Assembly (NCBI GenBank): GCA_965205025.1
Contig: CBDBFU010000023.1
Coordinates: 60,455-124,454, forward strand
Source of the DNA: Candidatus Poribacteria bacterium
GTDB lineage: Bacteria; Poribacteria; WGA-4E; WGA-3G
DNA: 64,000 nt
Direction of reading: 5' to 3'
Below are positions 62,295-64,000 of the stretch, piece after piece. The position numbers and the translations under genes are program-made. Under the pieces are notes generated by a model. It ran no database searches. It was not told the DNA's origin and saw only the letters and a list, made by a program, of their open reading frames with translations. The first letter of the stretch is position 1. The number at the start of each line of letters is the position of its first letter.

Positions 62295-63705
62295 ATGAAG
62301 AATCGCACAATACAATTAAGCATAATGACTATATTAATTGCTATATCCTTTACATTTTACATAAATGCCGATGAACATGAAGAATCGGATACGGATAATG
62401 TATTAGAAAATATAACACACTTTTCTGAAGTATTGGCTACAGTTATGAAGGAACATATAGACCAACCCGATTCAAAGAAAGTGATTGAAGGAGCTATTCG
62501 AGGGATGTTACGTACTTTGGATCCATATAGCCAATATATACCTGATTATTTGGAATTCAATACACAGAATCGTGGTAATTATGGTGGTCTGGGTATGACA
62601 GTTGGTATGCAGGGGAACAGGATTACGGTCATTACCCCTTTTAAGGGGAATCCAGCTGCACTCTCGGGTGTTCAGAATATGGATGTCATAAGCCATATTG
62701 ATGGTGAATCTACTGCAGTGATGACATTAGATGAGGCTGTAAATCTCTTACGCGGTGAACCCGGTACCCCTGTTACAATTACAATCATGCGTCCTAAAGA
62801 GAGTAAACCGAGAGAGATTACCATTGTAAGAGAAGTTATTCGTATACCGAGTGTAGAAAAAGAGATTATAGGAGATAAAGTCGGTTATATCAAAATCAAT
62901 AACTTTCTTGAAACTACAGCAAACGATGTTGATAATGCGTTTGAGGGAGTTTATTCAGAATAATATACGTGCTCTCATTTTAGATCTTCGTTTTAATCCT
63001 GGGGGGTTTACTTACATCTGCTGTTGATATAACAAGCGATTTCATAGCGAAAGATAAACTTGTCGTCTATAGTCAAGGTTTAGAAGATCGAGAGGATTTC
63101 TTGGCAAAAGGTAATAATAGAGAGGAACTCCCTTTAATTGTATTAGTTGATGGTGGAAGTGCAAGTGCATCAGAAATTGTTGCAGGGCAATCAAAGATCA
63201 TCGAAGAGGACTAATCATGGGAAGTAAGACTTTTGGTAAAGCCTCAGTTCAGAAAGTATTTCCGCTTGGGGATACAGGAGCTGCTGTTAAACTTACAGTC
63301 GCAAAATATTATACACCTGAGGGACATGACATTGATGAAATTGGTATCATTCCAGATGTCGAAACCGCTTTCTATAGTCGATCTGAACAACAGATGCAAT
63401 TGAAACTTCGTAGAAACCAAAAGTTGAAAACATTTCTTGAAGCAAATGGAGATGATTTTTTAGATAAACTAAACGCAGCTGAACATGCATCTCGTGAAGA
63501 TCGGAATGCAATGAGATTATTACAACTGTATAGACAATTTACGGATTCTCTAACTGATGAGCAGATTATACTGAGTGATAGTGCGATTAAATATGCTATT
63601 GCATTAGAAACAAAAAACACTAAGGATGAGATCATACATGACCCTCAAGTTGTGGCTGCAATAGAGCAATTGAAAGTACTTGAGCTATTCGCGAAAAAGG
63701 ATTAA
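62295..63705 (+). CDS. S41 carboxy-terminal processing protease (CtpA-like) with three single-base indels
   Basis: LDPYS, PDZ GGLG, GYIKI; reframed ILDLRFNPGGLL, GSASASEIVAGA, TFGKASVQ, YYTP.G; indels at about 62945, 63001-63009 and 63185. Confidence 0.85.
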
Positions 63706-63753
63706 TTGTTAAAGGCGTTATTCTATGATAATGGTTGAAAAGGCATTAATACT

Positions 63754-64000
63754 ATGAACCAACAATCACCGATTCTCAATTATATTGATAATACCTGGCA
63801 AGAATCTCTGACAGAAAATCTACTTGATGTTACCAATCCTGCTACAGGTGAGGTATTATCTCGTGTTCCCCTCTCTCCATCCCGAGAAGTTGGACAAGCT
63901 GTCACCGCTGCTTCCAATGCTTTAGATGAATGGAGAAGAACACCTTCGGTACAACGTGTACAACATCTTTTCAGATTGAAGAATCTACTTGAAGAAAATA
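63754..64000 (+). CDS. aldehyde dehydrogenase, methylmalonate-semialdehyde dehydrogenase-like, partial
   Basis: MNQQSPILNYIDNTW...DVTNPATGEVLSRVPLS...W..TP...RVQHLFRLK. Confidence 0.75.
   Translation, partial: MNQQSPILNYIDNTWQESLTENLLDVTNPATGEVLSRVPLSPSREVGQAVTAASNALDEWRRTPSVQRVQHLFRLKNLLEEN

Noticed and set aside
246-63635. Many short antisense or overlapping ORFs (e.g. 246-428, 8663-9145, 12374-12922, 26644-27060, 50733-50933)
   Set aside because: Shadows of well-supported genes on the other strand or frame.
1-64000. tRNA (including selC), rRNA, prophage genes
   Set aside because: None recognised by eye; tRNAscan-SE/Infernal would be needed to exclude them.

Overview
AT-rich bacterial chromosomal segment. 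The gene content (WD40 proteins with an LPEGAKARLGKG-type N-terminus, TPR-FRG proteins, PhyH dioxygenase, sulfatase, GH88, many short REP/MITE repeats) suggests Candidatus Poribacteria; this is an inference. Housekeeping and metabolic genes include hisA, coaE, modABC, pcrA, gatCA, a KDG kinase-like sugar kinase and an M16 peptidase pair. The strongest signal the ORF track misses is three putative exported lipoprotein selenoproteins: an AhpC/TSA-like protein (47128-47853, minus) and two tandem HMA-domain proteins (50185-50565, 50674-51036). Each has an in-frame TGA exactly at the first Cys of a CxxC motif (UxxC), followed by a perfect hairpin whose AGG/GGA loop starts 21-23 nt after the TGA, consistent with a bacterial SECIS. 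Other notable items: (1) a defence-like island at 24.8-35.2 kb with TIR, a membrane protein, DUF2806-like, type III R-M whose mod gene is split by an IS630, and two FRG-TPR genes; (2) an EF-Tu paralog with degenerate GTPase motifs; (3) a GlmU-like/ARMT1(DUF89) fusion; (4) an MNT-HEPN fusion; (5) a 1.6-kb non-coding region built from repeated palindrome-plus-arm modules; (6) MITEs carrying REP-like hairpins. Four genes carry single-base indels in short homopolymers, probably sequencing error.
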